64,000 nt of DNA from a virus. Lineage: Duplodnaviria; Caudoviricetes. Below are positions 18,414-28,240 of the stretch, piece by piece. Positions within the stretch are counted from its first letter, which is position 1; each line of letters begins with the position of its first letter. Below the pieces are notes generated by a model. The model made no database searches. It saw nothing but the letters and a program-made list of their open reading frames with translations, and was not told where the DNA came from. The position numbers were made by a program, and so were the translations under genes. The stretch lies in IMG/VR virus record IMGVR_UViG_3300043177_000122, positions 294,994-358,993 of that record; one strand, given 5' to 3'.

Positions 18414-18946
18414 ACTTAGGGCCACTTTCTATTGTTTCTAGAGGCAGCCATGTCAAGTATTTTCTACGCAGCGGAATGGTGCTAGAGGGAATTGTAGAAG
18501 AAGATACCGCATCGCAGGTAGTATTAAGATCATTAGATGGCGAAAGCTTAATGATTATACACCGCCCCACGGAAGATATAATGCTAACCAAGGTAATACT
18601 CAGGACCACACCCGAGGAAGCTCAGGTTGAACTAGAAAAACCACCAATTCGACCACTTGAAAAACAGGAACAAATCAAGGAAAAATTGCACGAAGCGCTA
18701 CAAACTCCAGATGATCCTGAACTTCAAAAGAAGAGTATTGCAGAATTACGTCAGCTTGTTCACGAGCAAGAGCGTCAAATTATTGCGCAGAAAAGACGTG
18801 AGCATTTTGGCGTCCCCGGCTCAACTAAGATGACTCAGTATAGTTCACCCTATATGCTGAGAGTGCATCCTAGATCTAATACTGCACGATATCAACCCGG
18901 CAAATTGCCTAATTGGGTTTATGGCCGCTCACCGGAGAAAAAGTAA
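18410..18946 (+). CDS. Hypothetical protein, N-terminal Sm/Hfq-like pattern plus coiled coil
   Basis: VKYFLRSGMVLEGIVEEDTASQVVLRS. Confidence 0.55.
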   Translation: MNLGPLSIVSRGSHVKYFLRSGMVLEGIVEEDTASQVVLRSLDGESLMIIHRPTEDIMLTKVILRTTPEEAQVELEKPPIRPLEKQEQIKEKLHEALQTPDDPELQKKSIAELRQLVHEQERQIIAQKRREHFGVPGSTKMTQYSSPYMLRVHPRSNTARYQPGKLPNWVYGRSPEKK

Positions 18947-19647
18947 TGGAACCAATTGATTTTACTAGAAGCCGCGCCCTTAACAATGTACCTGGCAAAA
19001 AGCTTCAGGAAAGACTTGATAGTATCAATAATAGCTCCGATGAAGACCAGGTCAAACGTGTTAAGCTAATTGCTTACAACAGATATGCTGAAAGTAATAT
19101 TCCAATTGAGTACTGGGATCTCAAGATGGAGAAAGATTTTGTTGGCGATGAACGTTTAAAGAAAAAGTATGAAGAGTATGTAGCGGACTTGAAAGCATCT
19201 CATCAGTCTGGATCTTCTTTTTGTCTTGCCGGAGGCCATGGTGTTGGTAAAACAATGACTATGACTTGTATTCTCAAAAAGGCAAGTCAGAAGGGTTATT
19301 CTTGTTTATATACTACGCTTAGCGATATTGTCAGTGTATTAACTCAAGCACCGGCTGAAGAGAGATTCCTAGCGCGTCAAGAATTGATTAAGGTTGATTT
19401 TCTAGTCATAGATGAGTTTGATCCGAGATTTATGGCTTCAGAAAATGCTGCTGACTTGTATGCTAGAACGTTAGAAAGTATTTTCCGCACTCGCAGCGCT
19501 AATAAACAACCAACATTAATGTGTACAAATAGTCCAAATGTTATTGAGAGCTTCGGTGGTGCTTTGAAAGCTAGTATTGGTAGTTTAATGAAAGGCTACA
19601 CTAAGATATTTCCAGTATTGGGCGAAGATGTTAGGGGTAAGAAATGA
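18946..19647 (+). CDS. DnaC/IstB-like AAA+ helicase loader
   Basis: Walker A GGHGVGKT, Walker B FLVIDEF, TLMCTN. Start refined to ATG 18946 (TAATG coupling). Confidence 0.88.
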   Translation: MEPIDFTRSRALNNVPGKKLQERLDSINNSSDEDQVKRVKLIAYNRYAESNIPIEYWDLKMEKDFVGDERLKKKYEEYVADLKASHQSGSSFCLAGGHGVGKTMTMTCILKKASQKGYSCLYTTLSDIVSVLTQAPAEERFLARQELIKVDFLVIDEFDPRFMASENAADLYARTLESIFRTRSANKQPTLMCTNSPNVIESFGGALKASIGSLMKGYTKIFPVLGEDVRGKK

Positions 19648-21089
19648 GTTTTGATGATTTGGAAATGAGAGTGCTTAAGACCATTACTTCAAATAAGAAG
19701 TTTGGTCTTGACTTTGCAAATGAGAATGATCCAAAACTCTTTTCTGGTGAGTTATGGAATTTTGCTAACGTAGTAGTTGGCTATATCAAAACCCACAAAG
19801 ACTTGCCCACCATTCGTGTAATTAATGAAAAACTTGCCAAAGGCAACAACGACAATCTGCTTAAAAAAATTAACTCTGTGTGGAATGCATTGCAGAAGGT
19901 CCAAGCAGATGATAAAGAATATAAACACGATTTAGATAGGCTTAAGAAACGTTTTGCTGAAAAGCAAATACTCGATACTTCTGGTATGCTCAGCAAACTA
20001 GAACCTGGTAGTATAGACGTAAACAAAACTGTCGTTGAGCTACAGAAAACTATTCAATCTATCAAGGGACTTAACCAAACCCGCTCATATGAACGCAGAA
20101 CTTTAAAAGATGAAGTTCCTCATTTCCGTGATGAATACAATGCTAAGTTAGAAGATCCAAACTTTGATGCAGGTATTAAAACCGGTTATTCTTTTTTGGA
20201 TTATGTAACTGATGGTTTGCGTGGCGGAGAAATGTTGCTCATTGGTGGTGAATCTGGTGGCGGTAAATCTATGCTTCTAATGAACATGGCGCTCCAAATT
20301 TGGCTGCAAGAAAATCAAGCATTGCTAGAAGAATATTTGCAATCGCCGGCTAGTGAGTTTGATTTCACTAAACTTAAACCGGGCAGTAACGTAATGTATT
20401 TTTCATTAGAAATGCCATTCAAGCCATGTCGCAACCGTGTGCTTGGTAGATTATCTACTAATCCCACGAAACTAATTCGTACAGCCAAGTTGAATGGCGA
20501 GGAAGCGACCAAGCTAAAGAAAGTTCTCAAGTTTGTTCAACACTATCAATCTCAATTTGAAATCATTGATATCCCTCGTGGCGCTACAATGGAAAGTCTT
20601 GAGATGATATATGAGGAAGCCAAAGTTCTGTATGACCCAAAGATCATCGTCATCGACTATCTCGGGTTGATGGACTATGAAGGCGGCAAAGATATGGACG
20701 ATTGGTTGAAGCTTGGTAAAATTGCCGAGCGTATCCATGAGTTCGCCCGTGTACATAATGTAATTGTATTGAGTGCAGTTCAGCTTAATAGAAATAAGGG
20801 AACTAAGGAAGAAGATAAAATTGGTTTGCATCGTATTGGTCGTTCCGCTTTGATTATGCAGAATGCTAACATTGCGGTTCAAATTGAGACTCGTGCTAAC
20901 GAAAAGAACTTCCCAGATATGAAGTATCATATTATCAAAAATCGTGATGGCGAGTTAGGTGATGGGCGCCTCATTAAAAATCTGGCTTGTGGCACACTTT
21001 TAGACGAAAAAACCGAAGAAGATCCAACTACTTTTGAGATGCGTGATATAGATGATATTTCTGAAAAGATTGAATTGCTTGATATATAA
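19644..21089 (+). CDS. dnaB: DnaB-like replicative helicase
   Basis: GGESGGGKS, YFSLEM, IVIDYLGLM, SAVQLNR, IIKNRDG. Confidence 0.92.
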   Translation: MSFDDLEMRVLKTITSNKKFGLDFANENDPKLFSGELWNFANVVVGYIKTHKDLPTIRVINEKLAKGNNDNLLKKINSVWNALQKVQADDKEYKHDLDRLKKRFAEKQILDTSGMLSKLEPGSIDVNKTVVELQKTIQSIKGLNQTRSYERRTLKDEVPHFRDEYNAKLEDPNFDAGIKTGYSFLDYVTDGLRGGEMLLIGGESGGGKSMLLMNMALQIWLQENQALLEEYLQSPASEFDFTKLKPGSNVMYFSLEMPFKPCRNRVLGRLSTNPTKLIRTAKLNGEEATKLKKVLKFVQHYQSQFEIIDIPRGATMESLEMIYEEAKVLYDPKIIVIDYLGLMDYEGGKDMDDWLKLGKIAERIHEFARVHNVIVLSAVQLNRNKGTKEEDKIGLHRIGRSALIMQNANIAVQIETRANEKNFPDMKYHIIKNRDGELGDGRLIKNLACGTLLDEKTEEDPTTFEMRDIDDISEKIELLDI

Positions 21090-21095
21090 AATGGT

Positions 21096-21893
21096 ATGGA
21101 AACCAAAAAATGTACGGGTAAATGTGGGCAAATTAAATCTATAACCGAATTCTCTACTCGTAGTGATAATGGCAAAGCCTATAATAAATGTAGGCAGTGT
21201 GTTAAAGAATACTACGAGAACTATAGAAAAGAAAAAGCAGACAAGATAAAACAGCAAAAGCTTAATCACTACCTAAATAATAAAAACTCTATACTTGAAG
21301 AGAAAAAACAATATTACAAAAAGAATAAAGAGCGTATACTTCATAACTCGCAAAAATATTATGAAGACAATAAAGAAGAACTTAAAATTCAACATAGGGC
21401 GTACTATCTCAAAAACAGGAATAAGATTTTAAGAGATAAAAAGTTGTATAGTAAGAGAAATCAAAAGAAGATATCCAGGTATACCGTTCAATATTTTAAG
21501 TTGAGGCGTTCTAAAGACCCATCATTTGCATTAAGATGTGACTTATCAACTACAATAGGGAGGGCACTTAGATTAGACATTAGCTCCAAAAATGGTAAAT
21601 CTATAACCGAATACCTGCCTTACACTATTGATGAACTCAAAGTTCATCTTGAGGCTCAGTTCGAGCCATGGATGAATTGGGATAACAGAGGCAAATATAA
21701 TGAAATGTCTTGGAACGATAATGATCCAACCACTTGGACGTGGCAGATCGATCACATCATACCACACAGCAAATTCCACTATACCTCAATGACAGATCAG
21801 GCATTCCAAGACTGTTGGGCTCTAAGCAATTTGCGACCTCTCAGCGCAAAACAAAATCAAGCAGATGGCGCTAGTAAAACGAGACATAAATAG
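21096..21893 (+). CDS. HNH-type homing endonuclease (Cys-rich N-terminus, K/E/Y coiled coil)
   Basis: CTGKC, CRQC, HLEAQFEPWMNW, WQIDHIIP, CWALSNLRPL. Confidence 0.8.
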   Translation: METKKCTGKCGQIKSITEFSTRSDNGKAYNKCRQCVKEYYENYRKEKADKIKQQKLNHYLNNKNSILEEKKQYYKKNKERILHNSQKYYEDNKEELKIQHRAYYLKNRNKILRDKKLYSKRNQKKISRYTVQYFKLRRSKDPSFALRCDLSTTIGRALRLDISSKNGKSITEYLPYTIDELKVHLEAQFEPWMNWDNRGKYNEMSWNDNDPTTWTWQIDHIIPHSKFHYTSMTDQAFQDCWALSNLRPLSAKQNQADGASKTRHK

Positions 21894-21912
21894 ACATATA
21901 ATAGAGGTCAAA

Positions 21913-22083
21913 ATGCAGGATAAAGTAGTGGCAGAAGCCGTCAGAATAGAATACGAAGAAAAGACCGGAAAACTGTTTATTGTATTTGAGGTCAAGGACG
22001 AAAAGTATAAGCAAGATATCAAAGCCAATTGGACAAAAGATATAGAATTTAGGCTAGTAGACAAATCTTTGGTGACAGGATGA
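21913..22083 (+). CDS. Hypothetical protein (56 aa)
   Basis: SD GAGG before ATG 21913; coupled to the next gene. Confidence 0.6.
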   Translation: MQDKVVAEAVRIEYEEKTGKLFIVFEVKDEKYKQDIKANWTKDIEFRLVDKSLVTG

Positions 22084-22427
22084 GAAAGAAAGAAATTAGT
22101 AACCTGAGAGAAATAATTGATGCAGGTTACCCGCACATTTGTATCAACCTTGACGACTTCAACCAATTTATACAAATCCCATGGGAAGCCAAGCGCTTTT
22201 ACCCTATGAGAGGTCGTGGTAATTGGTATGAGAAAAAGGGGTTCTTTCATAATGGCAAAACTGCTGTCTGGGCAACACTCAGCATACAACAGAATCATAT
22301 CAAGATTGCCGATAAAGAAATTCCAACTCTCTCGACTGGGGCTTATTGGTCTAGAAATTTTTCATTTGAAGAAGAAGGTAGCCCACGGATCATTCAGAAG
22401 ATGATGAAATTGAAAGCGTTTTGGTAA
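22080..22427 (+). CDS. Hypothetical protein (115 aa)
   Basis: ATGA overlap with upstream gene. Confidence 0.65.
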   Translation: MRKKEISNLREIIDAGYPHICINLDDFNQFIQIPWEAKRFYPMRGRGNWYEKKGFFHNGKTAVWATLSIQQNHIKIADKEIPTLSTGAYWSRNFSFEEEGSPRIIQKMMKLKAFW

Positions 22428-22438
22428 GAGGAAATATC

Positions 22439-22747
22439 ATGCCAACTTATGAACATCGATGTGATACTTGTAAACACGAATGGGAAGATTCTTACTCTAT
22501 TAAGGCTGACCCGCCTAAACAATGCCCTGAGTGTAAAGCAGAAACTGTAACAAGACTTATCTCTGGTACTGCTAAAGGGGTAGTTGAGCTATACGGGCAG
22601 GAGCTAGTAGATAAGATTAAGGCTGACGCTCAGAAAACAAAAGCTGAGGCTGCTAAAGATGAAAAAGTATATGCAAATCTATTAGGGGAAGATAGATATC
22701 AAAGCATACAAACTCAAATGGATAAACGTAGACGCGAGCGCCGATGA
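22439..22747 (+). CDS. FmdB-family zinc-ribbon protein
   Basis: MPTYEHRCDTC...CPEC...RLIS. SD GAGGA; start refined to 22439. Confidence 0.85.
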   Translation: MPTYEHRCDTCKHEWEDSYSIKADPPKQCPECKAETVTRLISGTAKGVVELYGQELVDKIKADAQKTKAEAAKDEKVYANLLGEDRYQSIQTQMDKRRRERR

Positions 22748-22971
22748 ATGAGGACCGCCAACTTCAATTATCCAGTGATATGTTAGTCTGTAAATATACA
22801 GTCAAGAAATTATTGCGTAGAATTTTTGATTTAGAATTAGATACCGAAACTTCTTCAGAAGAGAAGATGGCAGAAATCAAAAAGATTAAGGATGAAATGA
22901 TGAAAGTTGGTGCGGAAATTGACAAGGTAAAAAAAGAGATTAGATTATTAGGAAACTACAACGTAAATTGA
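22744..22971 (+). CDS. Small coiled-coil hypothetical protein
   Basis: ATGA overlap; heptad pattern. Confidence 0.6.
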   Translation: MNEDRQLQLSSDMLVCKYTVKKLLRRIFDLELDTETSSEEKMAEIKKIKDEMMKVGAEIDKVKKEIRLLGNYNVN

Positions 22972-22977
22972 GGATAA

Positions 22978-23172
22978 ATGCCGACGTATCTTTACGAGTG
23001 CCCCGAACATGGGGAGTTTGAACATCAACATTCAATTAATGATGAGTTGGAATTTTGCCCTAGATGTCAGGAAGAAAAATCTGCCACTCTACATAAGGTA
23101 AAAAGACTTATTGCTGGTGGAAGTGGTTTTATACTGAATGGCGGCGGCTGGGCCAAAGAAGGATATTCATGA
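22978..23172 (+). CDS. FmdB-family zinc-ribbon protein
   Basis: MPTYLYECPEHG...CPRC...RLIAGGSGFILNGGGW. Confidence 0.85.
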   Translation: MPTYLYECPEHGEFEHQHSINDELEFCPRCQEEKSATLHKVKRLIAGGSGFILNGGGWAKEGYS

Positions 23173-23801
23173 GCGCAGGAGATAAGCTTATAGGAAATAG
23201 ATTTGGTAAATTAGTTGTATTGGGAGAATATGAACCCAGTCGCCAAGCTATTAATAATCTAAACCATTACTCTGCAAGAGTATATGCGTCCGTTCTTTGT
23301 CAATGTGATTGTGGAAATACTAAGAGAATTCCCGTTCATGATTTAAGAAAAGGCTCAACTAAATCATGTGGTTGTTTTAGGAGTGAAAATTCATCTAAAA
23401 TGTGGAAGGAGCTAGGTAAAATTGGAGGAAGAAAAAGGCGTAAGTATTCAACAAAAGAGTCGAGCGCCAGGGACTTATTCCAAAAATACCTGAAAAGACA
23501 TCCTGGTGATTTGACTTTCGAAGAGTTTTATAAATTAACACAACTTGAATGTCATCATTGCGGTGCAAATCCGCACCAAATATATCTGGTAAAGAACGCA
23601 ACGGATGATGATAAAACAAGCCAATTTATTTACAATGGATTGGATAGAGTTGATATTTCAAGAGGATATGATAAAGATAATGTAGTTCCATGTTGCGGTA
23701 CGTGTAATTTTATGAGGCATAAATTATCATTGTCCGATTTTTATATGCACATAACTAAAATCGTTAAGCATCGTGGTTGGGATTTACCAAAACACGGCTA
23801 A
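23169..23801 (+). CDS. HNH-type homing endonuclease (CxC...SCGC type)
   Basis: GNRFGKLVV, CQCDCG, KSCGC, CHHCG, NGLDRVD, NVVPCCGTCN. Confidence 0.8.
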   Translation: MSAGDKLIGNRFGKLVVLGEYEPSRQAINNLNHYSARVYASVLCQCDCGNTKRIPVHDLRKGSTKSCGCFRSENSSKMWKELGKIGGRKRRKYSTKESSARDLFQKYLKRHPGDLTFEEFYKLTQLECHHCGANPHQIYLVKNATDDDKTSQFIYNGLDRVDISRGYDKDNVVPCCGTCNFMRHKLSLSDFYMHITKIVKHRGWDLPKHG

Positions 23802-23802
23802 C

Positions 23803-23955
23803 ATGAAAAACAAGGGTGGCAGAGAAAACGATAAACATAAGTTAGAGCATGTAGTTGAATTGCTCAAGTTTGCCCTATCTCTTGACGATGAAGAGATAAT
23901 GAAGTCCACCGTTGAATCCGTTATTGAAATATTAGAAGAAGAAATTAGTAAGTGA
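23803..23955 (+). CDS. Small acidic hypothetical protein
   Basis: Short ORF directly after the HNH stop. Confidence 0.5.
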   Translation: MKNKGGRENDKHKLEHVVELLKFALSLDDEEIMKSTVESVIEILEEEISK

Positions 23956-24047
23956 ATCGACGAGTTGTAGCGGTCAACAATCTAATTTTGGAAGCCGTAT
24001 CAATAATGGAGTATAACATTACTTTCGACTAAAGTGAGAGAAGACTA

Positions 24048-24677
24048 ATGCTGACAGAACAAGAAGCACATGACCTAATGAATAAGCTAATTGATCTTAG
24101 AATCCAGGCTAAAGAGACTGGAGACTCTAAGATTATAGCCCAATTAAAGCGTCATGAACAAGAATGCATCGAGAAATTTAGATATCTTGTCACCATGAAA
24201 ACTGGCCGTTACAAGGCGTTCAGTAATTATGAAGACTTGAATCAAGAGGGCTTTGAAGCTCTGATCAAAGCAATGAAAACCTTCAAACCAAACAAGGGAT
24301 CTTTTTTTGCGTGGGCACATAACTATATTGGTACTCGTATTTCGAGAAGTGCCAATTTGCACACGACTATTCGTTTCCCTTTGAAGGTAGCTAAAGCCAA
24401 CACCCCGCACAAAGAATCTATTATGCCTGTGCAGGTTGAGGAACGTTATTGCCCTGATAAGGAGCTTGAAGAATCTCAAGTTACTCATGCCGTGCAAGAT
24501 GCTTTGTCTGTCCTCTCAAAAGAACAGAAGGAGATCATCAGTTTGGCATATGGCTTTGACGGTGACAAGCCCATGTCCATTAATAAGATATGTAAAAAAT
24601 TAAACATATCTCGATTAAGTTGTATTAAAACAATCAACAGCGCTCTTTCTTCTATGAAAGAGAATATCAAAATCTAA
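24048..24677 (+). CDS. RNA polymerase sigma70-family factor (regions 2 and 4)
   Basis: EDLNQEGFEALIKAMKTFKPNKGSFFAWA; LSKEQKEIISLAYG...SINKICKKLNISR. Confidence 0.9.
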   Translation: MLTEQEAHDLMNKLIDLRIQAKETGDSKIIAQLKRHEQECIEKFRYLVTMKTGRYKAFSNYEDLNQEGFEALIKAMKTFKPNKGSFFAWAHNYIGTRISRSANLHTTIRFPLKVAKANTPHKESIMPVQVEERYCPDKELEESQVTHAVQDALSVLSKEQKEIISLAYGFDGDKPMSINKICKKLNISRLSCIKTINSALSSMKENIKI

Positions 24678-24734
24678 TCAGTAGATTTTTGATTTACAAA
24701 CTAAATTTAACTAACTTAATTCTAAGGACGGATT

Positions 24735-25310
24735 ATGCAGGATACTTTTATCTTAAGCTCTAAAGAAAAGTTGGAAAGGGCTAAAGAAGAAAAACGAAAA
24801 TATGATCAGGTATATCGTGCTAAAAATAAATTGAAGCTATCAGAACAGTGGAAAAGTTATGATCAACGAAACAAAGTAGAAGTTAGGGCGCGTAAAAGAA
24901 AGTACGTTAAACAGCGTAGAGCTACTGATCCTATTTTTAGATTACGACATAATGTGTCAAAATCTATTAGGGCCATGATGAAATTAAATAAAAATGATAA
25001 TTCATGTAAGCAATATTTACCATTTTCTATGGATGAATTAAAAATTCATCTTGAAAATCAATTTGAGCCTTGGATGAATTGGAATAACCATGGAAAGTAT
25101 AATTCCAAAACTTGGAATGATAATGACCCATCTACTTGGACTTGGCAGCTTGATCATATTGTTCCTCAAAGCGATTTGCCTTATGTATCAATGAAAGATG
25201 AAAATTTTAAGAAATGCTGGTCTTTAGATAATCTACGACCATTAAACGCTAAACAAAATTTAATAGATGGCGTAACGAAAGCAAGGCACAATTTTGGCGG
25301 GGGAAAATGA
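24735..25310 (+). CDS. HNH-type homing endonuclease, paralog of 21096..21893
   Basis: HLENQFEPWMNW, WQLDHIVP, CWSLDNLRPL. Confidence 0.8.
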   Translation: MQDTFILSSKEKLERAKEEKRKYDQVYRAKNKLKLSEQWKSYDQRNKVEVRARKRKYVKQRRATDPIFRLRHNVSKSIRAMMKLNKNDNSCKQYLPFSMDELKIHLENQFEPWMNWNNHGKYNSKTWNDNDPSTWTWQLDHIVPQSDLPYVSMKDENFKKCWSLDNLRPLNAKQNLIDGVTKARHNFGGGK

Positions 25311-27814
25311 CTAATTCTTATACTTATTCTCAGGTTTTGGAAGCGTCAAAAGAATACTTTGAAGGTGACGAGTTTGCTGCTAAAGTATTTGTAGACAAGT
25401 ATGCTTTACAAAACTTGAAAGGTGAATTTTTGGAGCTTACTCCAACTAATATGCATCGTCGATTGGCCAAGGAATTCGCACGCATTGAGGCGAAGTATCC
25501 TAATCCTCTTGACGAGGAGACCATTTTTCAACTTATTGATCATTTCAGATTTATAGTGCCCCAAGGTAGCCCTATGTCTGCAATTGGCAATCAATTTCAA
25601 TTGCAAAGCCTTTCTAATTGCTTCGTCATTCAAGGCGTGCATTCAGATAAGCTAGATTCATATGGTGGTATTATGTTGGCCGATCAAGAACTAGCTCAAA
25701 TAATGAAACGTCGTGGAGGATGTGGATTAGATATTTCTGGTATACGACCTAAAGATGCGATTACTAATAATGCCGCCAGAACTACTGACGGCATTGCTGT
25801 CTTTATGGAAAGATTTAGTAACACATGTCGTGAAGTGGCGCAGAATGGCCGACGTGGCGCAGAGATGCAAACTATTTCTGTAAATCATCCTGAGATTGAA
25901 ACATTCATCAATATTAAACGTGATCTCAAAAAGGTTACTGGGGCTAACATTTCTATTAAACTTAATGATGAGTTTATGACTGCCGTCAAAAACAATGAAG
26001 ATTATATTCTTCGTTGGCCAGTTGATAAATCTGTTGAAGAGGCTAGAGTTACTAAGCGAGTGCGTGCAAAATCTATTTGGGATCAAATTATTGAATCTGC
26101 TTGGGCATCTGCCGAGCCCGGATTGTTATTTTGGGATACAGTAAAAAAGCACACTCCATCTGATATCTATTCTATTTTTGGATTTGATTCTATTTCTACT
26201 AATCCGTGTGGAGAGATTATTCTTTGTGCCTATGATGCTTGTCGTCTATTAGTACAAAATCTTACCGGTTATGTCAAAAATCCATTTACTTCTAAAGCCT
26301 CTTTTGATTTCAAAAAGTTCCATGAGCATGCTATTATTGCTCAACGATTGATGGATGATATTATTGATCTTGAGCTAGAGTGCATTGATAGAATTCTTGC
26401 CAAGATTGAATCTGATCCAGAGCCTTTAGAAGCTAAACAAGTTGAAATTAATCTATGGCACAAGATCCGTGATATGAATACTAAAGGTCGCAGAACTGGT
26501 TTGGGTATTACTGCTTTAGGCGATGCTCTTGCTATGCTTGGTATCAAGTATGGCTCTAAAGAGTCTATTTCTATGACTAAGAAGATCTATCGCGCTTTAG
26601 CAGTTGGCTCACATACTTCTTCAGTTATTATGGCAAAAGAGCGAGGCGCGTTCCCAATTTTCGATTATCAATTAGAGAAGAATCACGAATATCTTAATAG
26701 TATTTTTGGTGATTGCTCAGAAGAAATTAGACGGATGTGGAAGAAGACTGGTCGTCGAAACATTGCAAATACTACTACAGCTCCTGCGGGATCGGTTTCT
26801 GCACTAACGCAAACTACCTCAGGTATTGAGCCGGTATTTTTGCTCTCGTATGTTCGCCGTAAAAAACATAATCCATCTGATAAGAATGCTCGTATTGACT
26901 TTACGGACGCAATGGGTGATAATTGGCAGGAGTTTACTGTTTATCATCATGGTGTCAAAAAGTGGATGGACATTACTGGCGAAACTGATTTGCAGAAATC
27001 TCCTTATTGGGGAGCTACATCGGCCGAAATTGATTGGGTAGCATCTGTAGATATTCAAGCAGTAGCACAACAATCTATTGATCACAGTATCAGCAAGACT
27101 TGTAATCTGCCTGAAGATGCCACCAAAGAACTTGTATCTGAAGTATACATGAGAGCTTGGGAATCTGGGTGTAAGGGATTTACTGTCTATCGCGACAAAT
27201 GTCGTGATGGAGTATTGATTAGTAAATCTACTACGCCTAAGACTCAAGATGGCCGCCCTATTGGAATTGAAACACATATGGCACCAAAACGTCCCTTAGA
27301 ACTAATCTGTGATATCAGGAAGGCTAAGGTACAGGGTGAACAATGGACTATCTTTGTAGGCCTATTAAATGGTAAACCCTATGAAGTATTTGGCGGACTA
27401 TCTAAGTATGTAGATATTCCTAATAAGTATAAGGTGGGTAAAATCGTCAAGAATGGTAAAGTGGAAGATATTACTACTTACAATTTAATTGTAGGTGAAG
27501 GTGAAGACCAAATGCTAATCAAAGATATTGCGAATGTATTTGAAAATGCTAACTTTGGCGCTTTCACTCGTACCATATCATTAGCTTTACGTCATGGTAC
27601 TCCTGTTCAATACGTTGTAGAACAATTACAAAAAGATAAACATTCGGATGTGACATCTTTCTCTAAAGTAGCAGCAAGAGTTCTAAAGAATTATATTGCT
27701 GATGGTACTAAATCTACTGCGGAAAAGAAATGTCCTAAATGTCAGATGGAAAATAACTTTGCCTACCAGGAAAAATGCCTCACTTGTATGGAGTGCGGAT
27801 GGAGCAAATGCTAA
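25307..27814 (+). CDS. nrdJ: Class II (adenosylcobalamin-dependent) ribonucleotide reductase
   Basis: PQGSP, LSNCFV, RRGAEM, STNPCGEI, TAPAGSVS, SGIEP, SISKTCN, GCKGFTVYRD, C-terminal CxxC...CxxC. No small-subunit gene adjacent. Confidence 0.92.
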   Translation: MTNSYTYSQVLEASKEYFEGDEFAAKVFVDKYALQNLKGEFLELTPTNMHRRLAKEFARIEAKYPNPLDEETIFQLIDHFRFIVPQGSPMSAIGNQFQLQSLSNCFVIQGVHSDKLDSYGGIMLADQELAQIMKRRGGCGLDISGIRPKDAITNNAARTTDGIAVFMERFSNTCREVAQNGRRGAEMQTISVNHPEIETFINIKRDLKKVTGANISIKLNDEFMTAVKNNEDYILRWPVDKSVEEARVTKRVRAKSIWDQIIESAWASAEPGLLFWDTVKKHTPSDIYSIFGFDSISTNPCGEIILCAYDACRLLVQNLTGYVKNPFTSKASFDFKKFHEHAIIAQRLMDDIIDLELECIDRILAKIESDPEPLEAKQVEINLWHKIRDMNTKGRRTGLGITALGDALAMLGIKYGSKESISMTKKIYRALAVGSHTSSVIMAKERGAFPIFDYQLEKNHEYLNSIFGDCSEEIRRMWKKTGRRNIANTTTAPAGSVSALTQTTSGIEPVFLLSYVRRKKHNPSDKNARIDFTDAMGDNWQEFTVYHHGVKKWMDITGETDLQKSPYWGATSAEIDWVASVDIQAVAQQSIDHSISKTCNLPEDATKELVSEVYMRAWESGCKGFTVYRDKCRDGVLISKSTTPKTQDGRPIGIETHMAPKRPLELICDIRKAKVQGEQWTIFVGLLNGKPYEVFGGLSKYVDIPNKYKVGKIVKNGKVEDITTYNLIVGEGEDQMLIKDIANVFENANFGAFTRTISLALRHGTPVQYVVEQLQKDKHSDVTSFSKVAARVLKNYIADGTKSTAEKKCPKCQMENNFAYQEKCLTCMECGWSKC

Positions 27815-27841
27815 TATCAATTAACTAGCATTGTCATTAGA

Positions 27842-28240
27842 ATGCAAGGCACAATTCTTCTCAATTATAACGAGAATACCAAACAAGTCGAAGAAGAAGA
27901 AAAGGCTAGATTTCTCAAGCTAATTCTAGAACAATGCTTCGAAAATACTGATGTTGCAACCCAAATTCAAACAATTTGGAATTCAGACGGACCATTACCA
28001 GCGTCCCAAAGAGTAAAATTGAGAGGTATCCTCGCTACTTACGGCATTCAGGTTATAGATGACTTTGATGGCCATATGCAAGTTTATTTAGAAAATGAAT
28101 TAATAGCTGAATGGTTCAAATGCACCTATAAGTTAAAGAGAGACTTGCGTGCTATAGACCCGCGTAAGCGGTTCTACCTTGAAATGGAAGTTAATTGTTG
28201 GTCAGTTTTTGACAACAAAGAGGAATCAGAGACAGAATGA
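27842..28240 (+). CDS. Hypothetical protein (132 aa)
   Basis: ORF in operon; no recognised motif. Confidence 0.7.
   Translation: MQGTILLNYNENTKQVEEEEKARFLKLILEQCFENTDVATQIQTIWNSDGPLPASQRVKLRGILATYGIQVIDDFDGHMQVYLENELIAEWFKCTYKLKRDLRAIDPRKRFYLEMEVNCWSVFDNKEESETE

Noticed and set aside
23988-24017. sigma70 promoter before the sigma gene (TTGGAA-18-TATAAC)
   Set aside because: Weak -35 and long spacer; not distinguishable from AT-rich background.
9097-25310. Eukaryotic giant virus origin, suggested by the Nei and HNH types
   Set aside because: SD sites, coupled operons, sigma factor, DnaB/DnaC, GH25 and M23 indicate a bacteriophage.
19781-27277. Minus-strand ORFs of 60-160 aa opposite dnaB, HNH, sigma and nrdJ
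   Set aside because: They lie fully antisense to well-supported genes and have no independent signals.
19644-27814. Inteins or introns in dnaB and nrdJ
   Set aside because: Lengths are ordinary, motifs are contiguous, and there are no C...HN splice motifs. The approx. 25 aa insert after the DnaB Walker A is too short and lacks intein features.
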